A stretch of 62,227 nt of DNA from a virus (lineage: Duplodnaviria; Caudoviricetes): IMG/VR virus record IMGVR_UViG_3300038976_000011, positions 1 through 62,227 of that record, one strand, 5' to 3'. The notes under the pieces were generated by a model, which was not told the origin of the DNA, ran no database searches, and saw only the letters and a list, made by a program, of their open reading frames with translations. Positions 9,739-18,086 of the stretch are shown here, one piece after another (position 1 is the first letter of the stretch; the number at the start of each line of letters is the position of its first letter). Both the position numbers and the translations under genes were made by a program.

Positions 9739-10889
9739 GTTGCAACCCCTGCGTGGTAGATGCCGGAGACCACCCGAGCCGCGGACCGCTCCACCTCACC
9801 CGCATGCAGGTAGGTCTGGGTGGTCGACAGCGACGAGTGGCCGAGGTCTTGCTGGATCTGCGACACCGTCACCCCCGCCTGCTCAGCGGTGACCGCGTAG
9901 GCGTGCCTCAGTTGGTGGGGGTGGATGCTGTCGGCGATGGGGGCCAGGATGCGGGCGGCGTCCTGAACCTCTGGGCGGGGATCGTCGGGTCGGGCGTTGC
10001 GGGCGATGGTCCGCAGCATCCGGGACACTTGGTTAGCGTGGCACCTGCGACCGTGTTCTGTGGTGAACAGCGGCTGCGCCATACCGCCAGCGCTGACGTC
10101 GCCGATCCGTGCCACCGTTCCGCTCGTGAGCCGGGATACGCGGGTCTCCAGGTACGCCTCAACGAGCGCGACATCCGGTGCCGGGAGCAGCGCCCACCGT
10201 TCCTTCCCGCCTTTGCCGTGGAGCCGGAGCAGGGCGTGCCCGTCTGGCTTGGGCCGGTAGTCCCCGACGTCGAGGGCAACAAGCTCGGCGACACGGCATC
10301 CCGTCGCGGCGAGCACGGCGAGCATGGCCAGGTTCCGTTCCCGATGCCGCCTTGACAGGCGGGCGGCGAGGTAGAGGGCACGGACCTGGGCGGCGGCCGG
10401 CGCGATCGTGGTCGACGGATCGTTGCCGGCCAGTCCCATGGTGCGCCGGTTCACCATCTCCCCAGGGTCACAGGTCACGATGGCTTCGACGCGGAGGTAG
10501 CGGTAGAAGGCGCACAGCGCCGACCACCGTCTCTGCCGGGTCTTCTTCGGGGCGTCCTGCAGTACGTGTGCGTACGCTTCCGCCTGATCCCGCCGTAGCG
10601 GCCCGGCAGGGTTTATGCCGTGGTCGAGCGCCCACGGGATCCACGCCCCAGGATCGGCCGGTCTCGGGTTGATGGGCCCGCCGGGTAGCCGCCCGCCGTG
10701 GTCGATGTCGGTGCGCATCTCGCGGGACAAGCCGATGTCGCGGGCGTAGTCGTTCCGTGTGCTTGCCCCGGTGTAGCCGTGGAGCCAGCGCACTGCGTAC
10801 CCCTCAGCGCGGCGACGCAGCAACTCCCGTTGGTCGGCGACTCGGTCCAGCTCGACAGCGGAGACCGGGACCAGGGCGGAGCCAGTCAC
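9735..10889 (-). CDS. Tyrosine recombinase (XerC/D-like)
   Basis: Catalytic set TGCR, GKGGKER, HQLRH, LGH, TTQTY; SAM-like N-terminal domain; no obvious arm-binding domain. Confidence 0.92.
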   Translation of the reverse strand: MTGSALVPVSAVELDRVADQRELLRRRAEGYAVRWLHGYTGASTRNDYARDIGLSREMRTDIDHGGRLPGGPINPRPADPGAWIPWALDHGINPAGPLRRDQAEAYAHVLQDAPKKTRQRRWSALCAFYRYLRVEAIVTCDPGEMVNRRTMGLAGNDPSTTIAPAAAQVRALYLAARLSRRHRERNLAMLAVLAATGCRVAELVALDVGDYRPKPDGHALLRLHGKGGKERWALLPAPDVALVEAYLETRVSRLTSGTVARIGDVSAGGMAQPLFTTEHGRRCHANQVSRMLRTIARNARPDDPRPEVQDAARILAPIADSIHPHQLRHAYAVTAEQAGVTVSQIQQDLGHSSLSTTQTYLHAGEVERSAARVVSGIYHAGVAT

Positions 10890-11338
10890 CGGGCCCTCCA
10901 CTCCTGCCCCGGAGGCGGGTGCTCAGCCCACGAGTCTCCAGCGACCCACCGGTTCGTGGACGCCTCGACACCGACCCGCCACATGTAGACGTAGGGCCTC
11001 TCCGTCCAGGGCGCGAGCGACCAGCACCTCCGGACGTCCAGCACGATGGGATCGGGTGGCATCTCCGGCACCGTGTCGGGCTCGGTGACGAGCCGCCACA
11101 GTGGCTTCCCGGGCGCGGGCAGGAGTACCCGGCATTCGTCCCGCGCGATCATGTCCCGCACGAACGGTGCTTGCCGCTCGAACGACGGATGCGCGGTGTT
11201 GGGAGCAGGTGGCCACGAGTGGTCTTGTGAGGCGCTGAACATCTGCTCCAGATGGACGTGGTGCTCGGCGTCCGCTACCGCCTTCAGTCGCGCGAGCGCT
11301 TCGTCCAGCCGACGCATCTCATCGTCCGGGTTCACCAT
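10886..11338 (-). CDS. Hypothetical protein
   Basis: Translationally coupled within the leftward operon. Confidence 0.55.
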   Translation of the reverse strand: MVNPDDEMRRLDEALARLKAVADAEHHVHLEQMFSASQDHSWPPAPNTAHPSFERQAPFVRDMIARDECRVLLPAPGKPLWRLVTEPDTVPEMPPDPIVLDVRRCWSLAPWTERPYVYMWRVGVEASTNRWVAGDSWAEHPPPGQEWRAR

Positions 11339-11664
11339 GAGTGCATCTCCGCCTCGTCCATGTGTTTCCGCAGCCAGTAGAGGTCCTCGTGGCACAGGTC
11401 CAGAAAGCGTGGCCGCCCCGGAGTGGAGGCAACGATCGCGTACTGCGCCTGCTTGCCGCAGCGCAGGCACGCATGCGCCTCGTCCTGGCTACGGCGGTTG
11501 ATCGCCTCTACCCACTCGTCTGGATACTCCGGGGCCGGGTCCAGTAACGTCGGGTTGGCCTTGATGTGGTGCAGGAACGCCTCGCCGTCGTTGATCTCTC
11601 GCGGCCCGTACGTGGCCTCCATCGCGGCCTTCAGTTCCGGGTCCGGCTTCCACGGTTCGGTCAC
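11332..11664 (-). CDS. Hypothetical protein with CxxC motif
   Basis: Coupled ORF; CLRCG...LCH. Confidence 0.55.
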   Translation of the reverse strand: MTEPWKPDPELKAAMEATYGPREINDGEAFLHHIKANPTLLDPAPEYPDEWVEAINRRSQDEAHACLRCGKQAQYAIVASTPGRPRFLDLCHEDLYWLRKHMDEAEMHSW

Positions 11665-11667
11665 TGT

Positions 11668-11994
11668 TCAGTCCTCCGGGTCTTCACGGAGGCCCAGCTG
11701 GCGTCGCGCGCCTTCCGGGTCGGCTCGAATTGCGTCCGCCGCGATCCGCATGCCAGCTGCGTCGAGCGCGTGGTACAGACCGTGCGCGGCGGTGATGGTC
11801 TCCGGCTGGTCGGGCACATCGAGCGCGGTGAGCGTGTAGCCGTTCGGGTGCGCATCGACAGCGTCCGAGGCGTAGACCGCTATCAGTCGCCACGCGGTGC
11901 CGTCCGGGGCGGTTGTCTCGTAGATGCCCTGGACTATGTCGATCGGCGTCCACTGCGGCAACGGGCCGGTTCGGTTAGCTAGGGACCCACTCAC
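11668..11994 (-). CDS. Hypothetical protein
   Basis: GTGA-coupled to the DUF262 gene. Confidence 0.55.
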   Translation of the reverse strand: MSGSLANRTGPLPQWTPIDIVQGIYETTAPDGTAWRLIAVYASDAVDAHPNGYTLTALDVPDQPETITAAHGLYHALDAAGMRIAADAIRADPEGARRQLGLREDPED

Positions 11995-12554
11995 AACGAC
12001 ACCCCCGGCACGTAGGACTGCGCTCGCTTCAGGTCCTCGGCGGTCTGCGCGGTGCCCGCCGAGTTGATCAGCCCGTAGACCTCCGCCTCTTCGGCGAGGC
12101 TGCCGAGCATGGCCTCGGCGACCGGGATGATGAACCGGTTGTCCATGTAGCGGCGTCCGATGTCGGACAGGTCGTGGCACTGAACCAACCGCCCCGCGCC
12201 ATCAGCGACCATCCGGTCTTCTAGCCAGACAGCCGGGATCGCGAGGTGCCCGGACCACCACATGTGCATCGTGGTCAACCGCTGCTTCCCGTCGATGCAC
12301 GCGTACCAGACCTCGCCGGGGTCGCCCTCGTTCCGCGCCCAAGCGATGTTGCTGCCGCGCCGGTTGAGCACGATCGCCGCGACCGGCACACCGAGCAGCA
12401 GGGACCTGACGAGGTTGACGCGCTGCTCCACCGTCCACACGTCGCCTCGCTGGTAGGGCGGGTCCAGCAGCATGCCGCCGTCGTCGATGTGGTGGACGAG
12501 GTCCTTCATGCTGCGCGCGGTGGCGTTCATGTTGCGGTGGACGAGTGGTGCCAT
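11991..12554 (-). CDS. Stand-alone DUF262 (ParB/Srx-like, GmrSD N-terminal-type) protein
   Basis: PPYQRGDVW and IDGKQRLTT motifs, ending YGLINSAG; RBS GAGAGGGG. Confidence 0.85.
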   Translation of the reverse strand: MAPLVHRNMNATARSMKDLVHHIDDGGMLLDPPYQRGDVWTVEQRVNLVRSLLLGVPVAAIVLNRRGSNIAWARNEGDPGEVWYACIDGKQRLTTMHMWWSGHLAIPAVWLEDRMVADGAGRLVQCHDLSDIGRRYMDNRFIIPVAEAMLGSLAEEAEVYGLINSAGTAQTAEDLKRAQSYVPGVSL

Positions 12555-12594
12555 GTCCTGTTCCCCTCTCAATGGGTGCTCCACCACCCTATCA

Positions 12595-12630
12595 CGAGTG
12601 TGTGGATAATAAGAGTTATCCACACACTCG
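12595..12630. promoter_or_regulatory. 15-bp perfect inverted repeat containing two DnaA boxes
   Basis: CGAGTGTGTGGATAA-TAAGAG-TTATCCACACACTCG; TTATCCACA on both strands. Confidence 0.7.
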
Positions 12631-12639
12631 ACCAGCGGC

Positions 12640-12876
12640 CTACTCCTCTTCCTCGGCAGCGGCCTCCAGTCGTTCCAGGTAGTCCAGAACCATCAGCCCC
12701 GGCAGCGAAGGCCCGGGTACGTTCGGCCACACCCGCCCCAGCAGGGTCAGCGTCCGATCAAGGTCGGTGCCGACCAGCATCGGCTCGCCGTAGTCGCCCC
12801 ACATGCCGTCCACGGCCTGCTCGTGCATGTCGGCGACCTCGGCGCGCACATCGCGGATGACCTTCTTCGTGCTCAT
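12640..12876 (-). CDS. Hypothetical protein
   Basis: RBS AGAGAAAGGG before ATG. Confidence 0.55.
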   Translation of the reverse strand: MSTKKVIRDVRAEVADMHEQAVDGMWGDYGEPMLVGTDLDRTLTLLGRVWPNVPGPSLPGLMVLDYLERLEAAAEEEE

Positions 12877-12912
12877 GCCTGTTCCCTTTCTCTTCGTTGG
12901 AGTGTCCCTCAC

Positions 12913-13093
12913 GGGTTAGACCCAGAGTTAGATCCGGACATCGGGGTTAGGTTCCTAACCGGCGGGTTAACTGGGCCAGAATGTGGCCGTGACCTGCAAG
13001 AAGTTAGGTGAGTTAGGTCGATTCACCGGCCCAACTCACCCGCCAAACCAGGGCTGAAACAGGGGTTTTGACCTAACCCCAGCGACCTAACTC
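12913..13093. repeat. Array of about ten 8-bp G(G/A)GTTAG(G/A) repeats; putative clt (TraB recognition locus)
   Basis: Forward copies at 12913, 12925, 12944, 12964 (variant), 13001 and 13010; reverse copies at 12954, 13030 (variant), 13072 and 13086 (overlaps the traB stop). Confidence 0.72.
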
Positions 13094-15294
13094 TCGACAC
13101 TGTTCCGCACCCTCAGCGCCTCCCGGACGACCTCCGGCTTCACCGGCCACCGGTTCCCCGTCGACGGCACCTTCGCACCCTCAGCGGTCAACTGAGCCGC
13201 CAACATCTCGCCGGTCAACCGCCCCAAACCGTAGGCAGGATGCTCCGGGAACGCCCGCGCCAACAGCGGCGCGACCTTCGCGGCCGGCATCGGCACATCC
13301 CCGAGCACCTCCGCCACATCCGCCAGCAAGTCCCGGATCCCGACCCGCGCCGCCTCGATCACCCGCTGATGCCCGGACCGCAGCTGCATCGCCCGCTTCG
13401 TCACCCGACGCGCATCGGACTGCGGCACGTAGAAGCAACGCAGCATCCCGGGCGGGTTGGTGAACCCGCGGGCTGCGCAGGTCCCGGCGTCGTTCAGCTC
13501 GTCGTCGATCGCCGGCACCAGGTTCGCCGCGGTGATCCCCCGCTTGTGGAAGCCGGTACCGATCGCGGCGTCGTTGCCGATCTGGTCGCCGATCGGGAAA
13601 CACGCTCTGTTCGACATGACCCGCACCACCCCGGACGGCACCGCGTCCCCAGTCGGATCCGGGGTCAAGAAGATCAGGGTGGTGGCGTACTTGCGGGCCG
13701 TCGTGATCAGCTGCTTCACGATGGTCTCCGCGTCCTTGCCGTGATCGGACATGAACAAGTTCTGGCACTCGTCGAACACCATCACCCGCGGCCGCAGGCG
13801 GGGTTCCCGCTCCGCGTATGCGCGGCAAACGAACTTCTCCGGCTCGCGACCTGCGGCTTCGTCGATGGCCATCTGCTCCCGCAGCAGCTCACCCATCTCC
13901 GACAGGTCCCGGAACCGGTCCCGCAACAGTTGGATCGCGGCCTCCACCGTCGCGGTCTCCGCACCCGTGTGCAACGAACGCAACGCTGGCCGCATCGGCT
14001 CGTAGTCGCCGTTCTCCGCCATGACCACAACATCCACGTCCACCAGCGGATCCAGGATCGCGCCGAGCACCAGCGTGACCGCCATGCTCGACTTGCCGCT
14101 CCCCATGACGCCGGCCATGAAGTAGTTCTTCTGGGAGAGCGGACTGGTGACCACCTTCCCGCGCAGGGTCATGGCGACGGGGATGCCCTTGAAGTAGTCG
14201 CAGGTGGCGTGGTCCAGGTTCTTCAGCACCGGCCACGGCCCCACCGGTTTGGTCAGCACACCGGGGTCAGCGATCCACCCGTCGAGCACCCCGGCCTCGG
14301 GTTCGGTGGGCCACACCTCGATCGGGTACCGCTTCAAGTTGTGGGCGAACAGGTCACGCTTCTTGACGAACTCGAGGACCGGGGCGCGGGGTGGCAGGTC
14401 GATTTGGAAGTGGGTGCCGCCCTCGAAGTAGCGTGGCGGGATCTTGTAGCGGACCTTCCAGCCAGCCTTCACAGCGCGACCGAAGTCGGGAACGGTGTCG
14501 CAGAGCGCGGCGGTGATGGTGTCCTCGGTGAGCACGCTGGTCATCATGTCCCCGACACCGGTCTCCGGCGCCATCCAGCGGCCCGGGACCGCGTTCTTCT
14601 TCCCGACACACCACACCCCGCACACCAGCACCACCAGGCCGACCCGCCAGCCGATGGACCAGGCGACGCTTACGGCGTGCGCGGTCCACGCGATCCCCGC
14701 GTACATGCCCAGCATGGGCACCAGCATGTTGGCGACACTGCCGTTGATCCACAAAGCGAACCCGAGGAACAGCAGCAGCACGTGCAGCGCGAGGACGCTG
14801 ATCCCGAACGCCTTCGCCGCCCGCAGCGGCAGCTCGAGGAAGTCCATGTGCCGCTTGTGGCGGCTGTCGCGCATCTTCTCGCCGCGGTCATGCCACTCAC
14901 CGAGGTGGTCCCAGTCGCCGGCCGCTTCCGCTACCCGCATCAGCCGCTCGGGCCTGGCGTTTGTTTTGGCGTCCCACAGTCGGGCGGTGAGGATGCGGGT
15001 ACCAGCCACCATGTAGGTGCCCTGCCGGACCACGAACTTCGCGGCGGCGATGGTGCGCTTGGACTGGCGGACGGTGGCGACCACCGTGGCGCCAGTCTGC
15101 ACCACCCTGGCGACCCGGGTGGTGGGCGGCGGGTCGTCGACGATCTCCGCGTCGTACACTGGGCCGACATGCTCGACGTCGCTGGCGTCCATCTCCGCCA
15201 ACTCGCCGCCAGCCTGGCGGACGCGGGTGGGGAACTGGAGCAGCTCACCGCCAGCGTCCACGGTCTCGTGGTCGTAGCCCCCTGTGTCGGTCAC
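13087..15294 (-). CDS. traB: FtsK/SpoIIIE-family conjugal DNA translocase (TraB-like)
   Basis: N-terminal TM helices; Walker A GVMGSGKS; Walker B VMVFDECQ; ARKYAT; DQIGNDAAIG; C-terminal wHTH-like DLLADVAEVLG segment. Confidence 0.85.
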   Translation of the reverse strand: MTDTGGYDHETVDAGGELLQFPTRVRQAGGELAEMDASDVEHVGPVYDAEIVDDPPPTTRVARVVQTGATVVATVRQSKRTIAAAKFVVRQGTYMVAGTRILTARLWDAKTNARPERLMRVAEAAGDWDHLGEWHDRGEKMRDSRHKRHMDFLELPLRAAKAFGISVLALHVLLLFLGFALWINGSVANMLVPMLGMYAGIAWTAHAVSVAWSIGWRVGLVVLVCGVWCVGKKNAVPGRWMAPETGVGDMMTSVLTEDTITAALCDTVPDFGRAVKAGWKVRYKIPPRYFEGGTHFQIDLPPRAPVLEFVKKRDLFAHNLKRYPIEVWPTEPEAGVLDGWIADPGVLTKPVGPWPVLKNLDHATCDYFKGIPVAMTLRGKVVTSPLSQKNYFMAGVMGSGKSSMAVTLVLGAILDPLVDVDVVVMAENGDYEPMRPALRSLHTGAETATVEAAIQLLRDRFRDLSEMGELLREQMAIDEAAGREPEKFVCRAYAEREPRLRPRVMVFDECQNLFMSDHGKDAETIVKQLITTARKYATTLIFLTPDPTGDAVPSGVVRVMSNRACFPIGDQIGNDAAIGTGFHKRGITAANLVPAIDDELNDAGTCAARGFTNPPGMLRCFYVPQSDARRVTKRAMQLRSGHQRVIEAARVGIRDLLADVAEVLGDVPMPAAKVAPLLARAFPEHPAYGLGRLTGEMLAAQLTAEGAKVPSTGNRWPVKPEVVREALRVRNSVES

Positions 15295-16001
15295 GCTTCT
15301 GCACCACCCTGGCGGTCGACGTGCACCAAGTACGCCAGGATCGACGCCAGCGCCAACACCGCGACCGGCACCAGCGCCACCGCTGTCACCACCTGCCACG
15401 GCGCCCGGGTGTGTCCGTACGCCGTCAACAGGTGGTAGGCGACCTGCGCGGCGCCACCAACCACCAGGCTGGCGAACGCCGACGCGCAGGCATAGACGCG
15501 GACCGACTTACGGCTGGTGACGCGGGTCAACCAGATCCGCAGCGCATAGGTGCCGTACGCCTCCACACTGATCGGTAGGACGATCGCGGAGTTGATGGTG
15601 AGGCTGTCCCAGATCCCGGGCAGGGGGCGGACTGGTCCGTAGCCGGACATCTCACCGAGGCCCACCCAGCCGGACCAGACGGAGAACCCGGCGGCGACAC
15701 CCATCAGGATCAGCGCCCAGCGTTGACGGCGGACCCGTGACCACCACTCGGCTAGGCGGGAACGCTGGCTAGGTGCCAGGGCGGCGGGGTCTGGTGTGTC
15801 GCTGGTGCCGGCTGGTGTCGGGCTGGCGTCCACAGTCGCCATGGCCTGCCGCACCTGGTGCTCCGTCACCTGCGGGTCCACCCGCTCCTTCGCCAACTTC
15901 ACCAGGGTGGTGCGGCCTGGCGGCTTCTCGCCTGCCTCGGCGGCGCGGGTGCGCTCGTCAACGATCAGGCGCTCAAGTACTGCGGCTCCGTTGGTGCTCA
16001 C
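15291..16001 (-). CDS. Multi-TM membrane protein, Spd-like (plasmid spread) candidate
   Basis: N-terminal HTH-like segment (PPGRTTLVK); four TM helices, LPISVEAYG motif; coupled directly to traB. Confidence 0.6.
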   Translation of the reverse strand: MSTNGAAVLERLIVDERTRAAEAGEKPPGRTTLVKLAKERVDPQVTEHQVRQAMATVDASPTPAGTSDTPDPAALAPSQRSRLAEWWSRVRRQRWALILMGVAAGFSVWSGWVGLGEMSGYGPVRPLPGIWDSLTINSAIVLPISVEAYGTYALRIWLTRVTSRKSVRVYACASAFASLVVGGAAQVAYHLLTAYGHTRAPWQVVTAVALVPVAVLALASILAYLVHVDRQGGAEA

Positions 16002-16465
16002 CTGGCGCCACCCGCCACCATCACGGTGACCACCGCACCAACCGGGATCTGGACACCCTTGTGCACGGCCTGGTCCATCAGCATGCGGCCGTTCACCCCG
16101 TGGTCGGCGAGGTCATGGAACGCCCGCTTGCCGGTCACGTCGGCCAGCCGCCGCAGCAGCCGGCCGTCGTCGATGACCGCGTGCAACAGCCCCTCGACCA
16201 CGGTCCCGGCCAGCAGCGCCCTACCGGACACTCGCACACCGGTCGCCCGGTAGGCGATCCACTTCATGGCGGCCTGAGTCGCGGCGTAGGTGATGGCGTG
16301 GCGGGCGAGGGCGAACCGTCCCGCCCGGGTTTGGTGCTGCTTCGCTTGGGCGTCGCAGTCCAGTTGGATGAGGTAGTCGCCTACCTCGTGGCCAGCGATA
16401 CCCGCCAGCCAGGTCACAGCTAGGACAGTGGCGCGGGAATCTGTAAGGTCCACTTCAGCGGACAT
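15998..16465 (-). CDS. DUF3307-family membrane protein
   Basis: AGHEVGDYLIQ...HAVIDD...DQAVH motifs. Confidence 0.8.
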   Translation of the reverse strand: MSAEVDLTDSRATVLAVTWLAGIAGHEVGDYLIQLDCDAQAKQHQTRAGRFALARHAITYAATQAAMKWIAYRATGVRVSGRALLAGTVVEGLLHAVIDDGRLLRRLADVTGKRAFHDLADHGVNGRMLMDQAVHKGVQIPVGAVVTVMVAGGAR

Positions 16466-16492
16466 GGGAGGTCGGTCTCCTGTGTGCGTTAG

Positions 16493-16529
16493 GGGCCGCA
16501 CCCCGGCTGGAGGCCTGGGGGTGCGGCCC
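16493..16529. other. 12-bp inverted repeat (stem-loop) upstream of the DUF3307 gene
   Basis: GGGCCGCACCCC...GGGGTGCGGCCC. Confidence 0.55.
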
Positions 16530-16548
16530 TGTCCTATCGGTCTGGGTA

Positions 16549-16785
16549 CTAATCGGTCCATCTCTGCACAAGGCTGGCGATGTCTTCGCCGTACCTGGTC
16601 AAACAGCGGTGGCAGTGCGGCGGCACCAGGGTGGTGTCTTCCGGGCGCACGATCTTGTCGGGGGGCGCGGTGTGCAGACACAGCGCCTCCAAGTAGGTGT
16701 CGGTGGCGTGGGTGAAGGCATGGACCCGGAAGTCGTAGTCGGAGATCAGCCACTGCGCCTGCTGGTACGACTGGTCTGCCATCAC
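16549..16785 (-). CDS. Small Cys/His zinc-finger-like protein
   Basis: VHAF...ALCLH...CHRC pattern; such ORFs often lie divergent from Xre/DUF397 loci. Confidence 0.6.
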   Translation of the reverse strand: MMADQSYQQAQWLISDYDFRVHAFTHATDTYLEALCLHTAPPDKIVRPEDTTLVPPHCHRCLTRYGEDIASLVQRWTD

Positions 16786-17108
16786 ACGCTCCGGGGGTGT
16801 AGCCCGACGGGCGCAGCGGCGGGTGCACGGAAGGCTGCGCCCGTCGGGGCTGGGGCCGGCAGACGCGAGGACGAGCGGGGGTCACCCGCGCCTGCCGGGG
16901 CTGGGGTAGACGCAGACCGGGGGAGCGTGTGGGGGAGTCGCTCGACCCCGGCCTGCCTTCGGGTGCCCGCTGGGGGTCGGGTCACCCGAGTTGTCGTGGA
17001 GCCGTCTGGCGTGCGGCTCCACGGCTGGTTACGGCTGTGGAGGTGTAGGTCGCCGAGTACGGCGGCGGAGAGCATGATGACGTAGAGGTCGAACACGAGG
17101 CCGGTCAT
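16782..17108 (-). CDS. Hypothetical protein (N-terminal TM, Pro-rich)
   Basis: First ORF after the leftward promoter; coupled to the next gene. Confidence 0.4.
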   Translation of the reverse strand: MTGLVFDLYVIMLSAAVLGDLHLHSRNQPWSRTPDGSTTTRVTRPPAGTRRQAGVERLPHTLPRSASTPAPAGAGDPRSSSRLPAPAPTGAAFRAPAAAPVGLHPRSV

Positions 17109-17167
17109 GTCTCGTCTGCCATGGGGCTGCGCTCCAGCGCCTGGGTGTCACACGCATCTGCACGTGC

Positions 17168-17212
17168 TGTACCGGTACACTCTAGTCTGACTGTCCCGGG
17201 ACAGACTTGCAA
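17168..17212 (-). promoter_or_regulatory. Leftward sigma70-type promoter with palindromic operators
   Basis: Minus strand TTGCAA-N17-CAGACT; perfect palindrome CTGTCCCGGGACAG (17191-17204) in the spacer and TGTACCGGTACA (17168-17179) downstream. Confidence 0.6.
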
Positions 17213-17270
17213 CCCCACCCCTGGCGTCATCCCCCAACATCCCCCACCACACCCCCGATAGGGTCAATAC

Positions 17271-18086
17271 ATGACGACATCGTGGCGAGTCCGAGCACTG
17301 AAGAAGGTGCTTCGGGACGCGCTGAAGGAGGCCCGTGTCTCTGGCAGGGAGGCGGCGCGGCGCCTCAACGTACCGACCATGCGCGTGAGCCGATGGTTAG
17401 ATGACACCGAGGCCGCGCCCTCAACCGAGGACGTCGCCAGACTCATCACCGCGGTCGGCGTTACCGGGGATGACTTCGACCGGATCCTCCGGGTCGCGAA
17501 CGTCGGCGAGGACTGGTTCACCGGTGTCACCGCGTCAACGTTCATCGCGTGCGAGCGTGACGCGTTCCGCATCACCGAGTGCGCGCCGCTGGTCATCCCC
17601 GGGCTGCTGCAGACCCCGGAGTACACGCGGCACCTGAACTACGGCGGCCAGTCAGACGCGGCGACCGAGCAGGCCGTGGCTGTTCGGCGGGAGCGGGCCG
17701 CGGTGCTGGCCGGTGAGCATCCGACTGAGCTGCTGGCGCTGATCGGCATACCCGCGCTGGAGGGGATGATCGGCGGCCCGAAGGTGATGGCTGAGCAGCT
17801 GGCGCATCTGGCTTCGATGGCGAGGCGGAGCAACGTCACGGTGCAGGCCATTGACCTAGGCGGGGGATGGACGCCCGCGCATGTGACTTCGTTCTTCGTC
17901 TACGAGTACGCCGAGTTGCCTACCACGGTGTACGTGGAGCAGTTATCGGGTGGAACCTTCCACGTTGACTCACCCCACGTGGATAATTACGAGGCTGCGG
18001 TGGACTGGCTCCGCAGCGTGGCGATGAGCCCCGCCGACACGCTGGAGCTCATCGCCAGCATCATCCCGGAGAAGGAGGATATGTGA
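17271..18086 (+). CDS. Xre-family HTH regulator with DUF5753 domain (Scr1/WhiJ-like)
   Basis: N-terminal HTH; IPGLLQTPEY, IGGPKVMAEQL and VYVEQ motifs. Confidence 0.9.
   Translation: MTTSWRVRALKKVLRDALKEARVSGREAARRLNVPTMRVSRWLDDTEAAPSTEDVARLITAVGVTGDDFDRILRVANVGEDWFTGVTASTFIACERDAFRITECAPLVIPGLLQTPEYTRHLNYGGQSDAATEQAVAVRRERAAVLAGEHPTELLALIGIPALEGMIGGPKVMAEQLAHLASMARRSNVTVQAIDLGGGWTPAHVTSFFVYEYAELPTTVYVEQLSGGTFHVDSPHVDNYEAAVDWLRSVAMSPADTLELIASIIPEKEDM

Noticed and set aside
12913-13093. GGGTTAG motifs as telomere-like (TTAGGG) repeats or a CRISPR mini-array
   Set aside because: The copies are dispersed, in both orientations and only 8 bp long, with no regular spacers; the position next to traB fits a clt better.
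13240-15438. Long opposite-strand ORFs (732 aa here; also 48727-51030, 50735-52477, 47266-48639)
   Set aside because: Shadow ORFs expected in high-GC DNA opposite well-supported genes; Arg/Gly/His-rich with no motifs.
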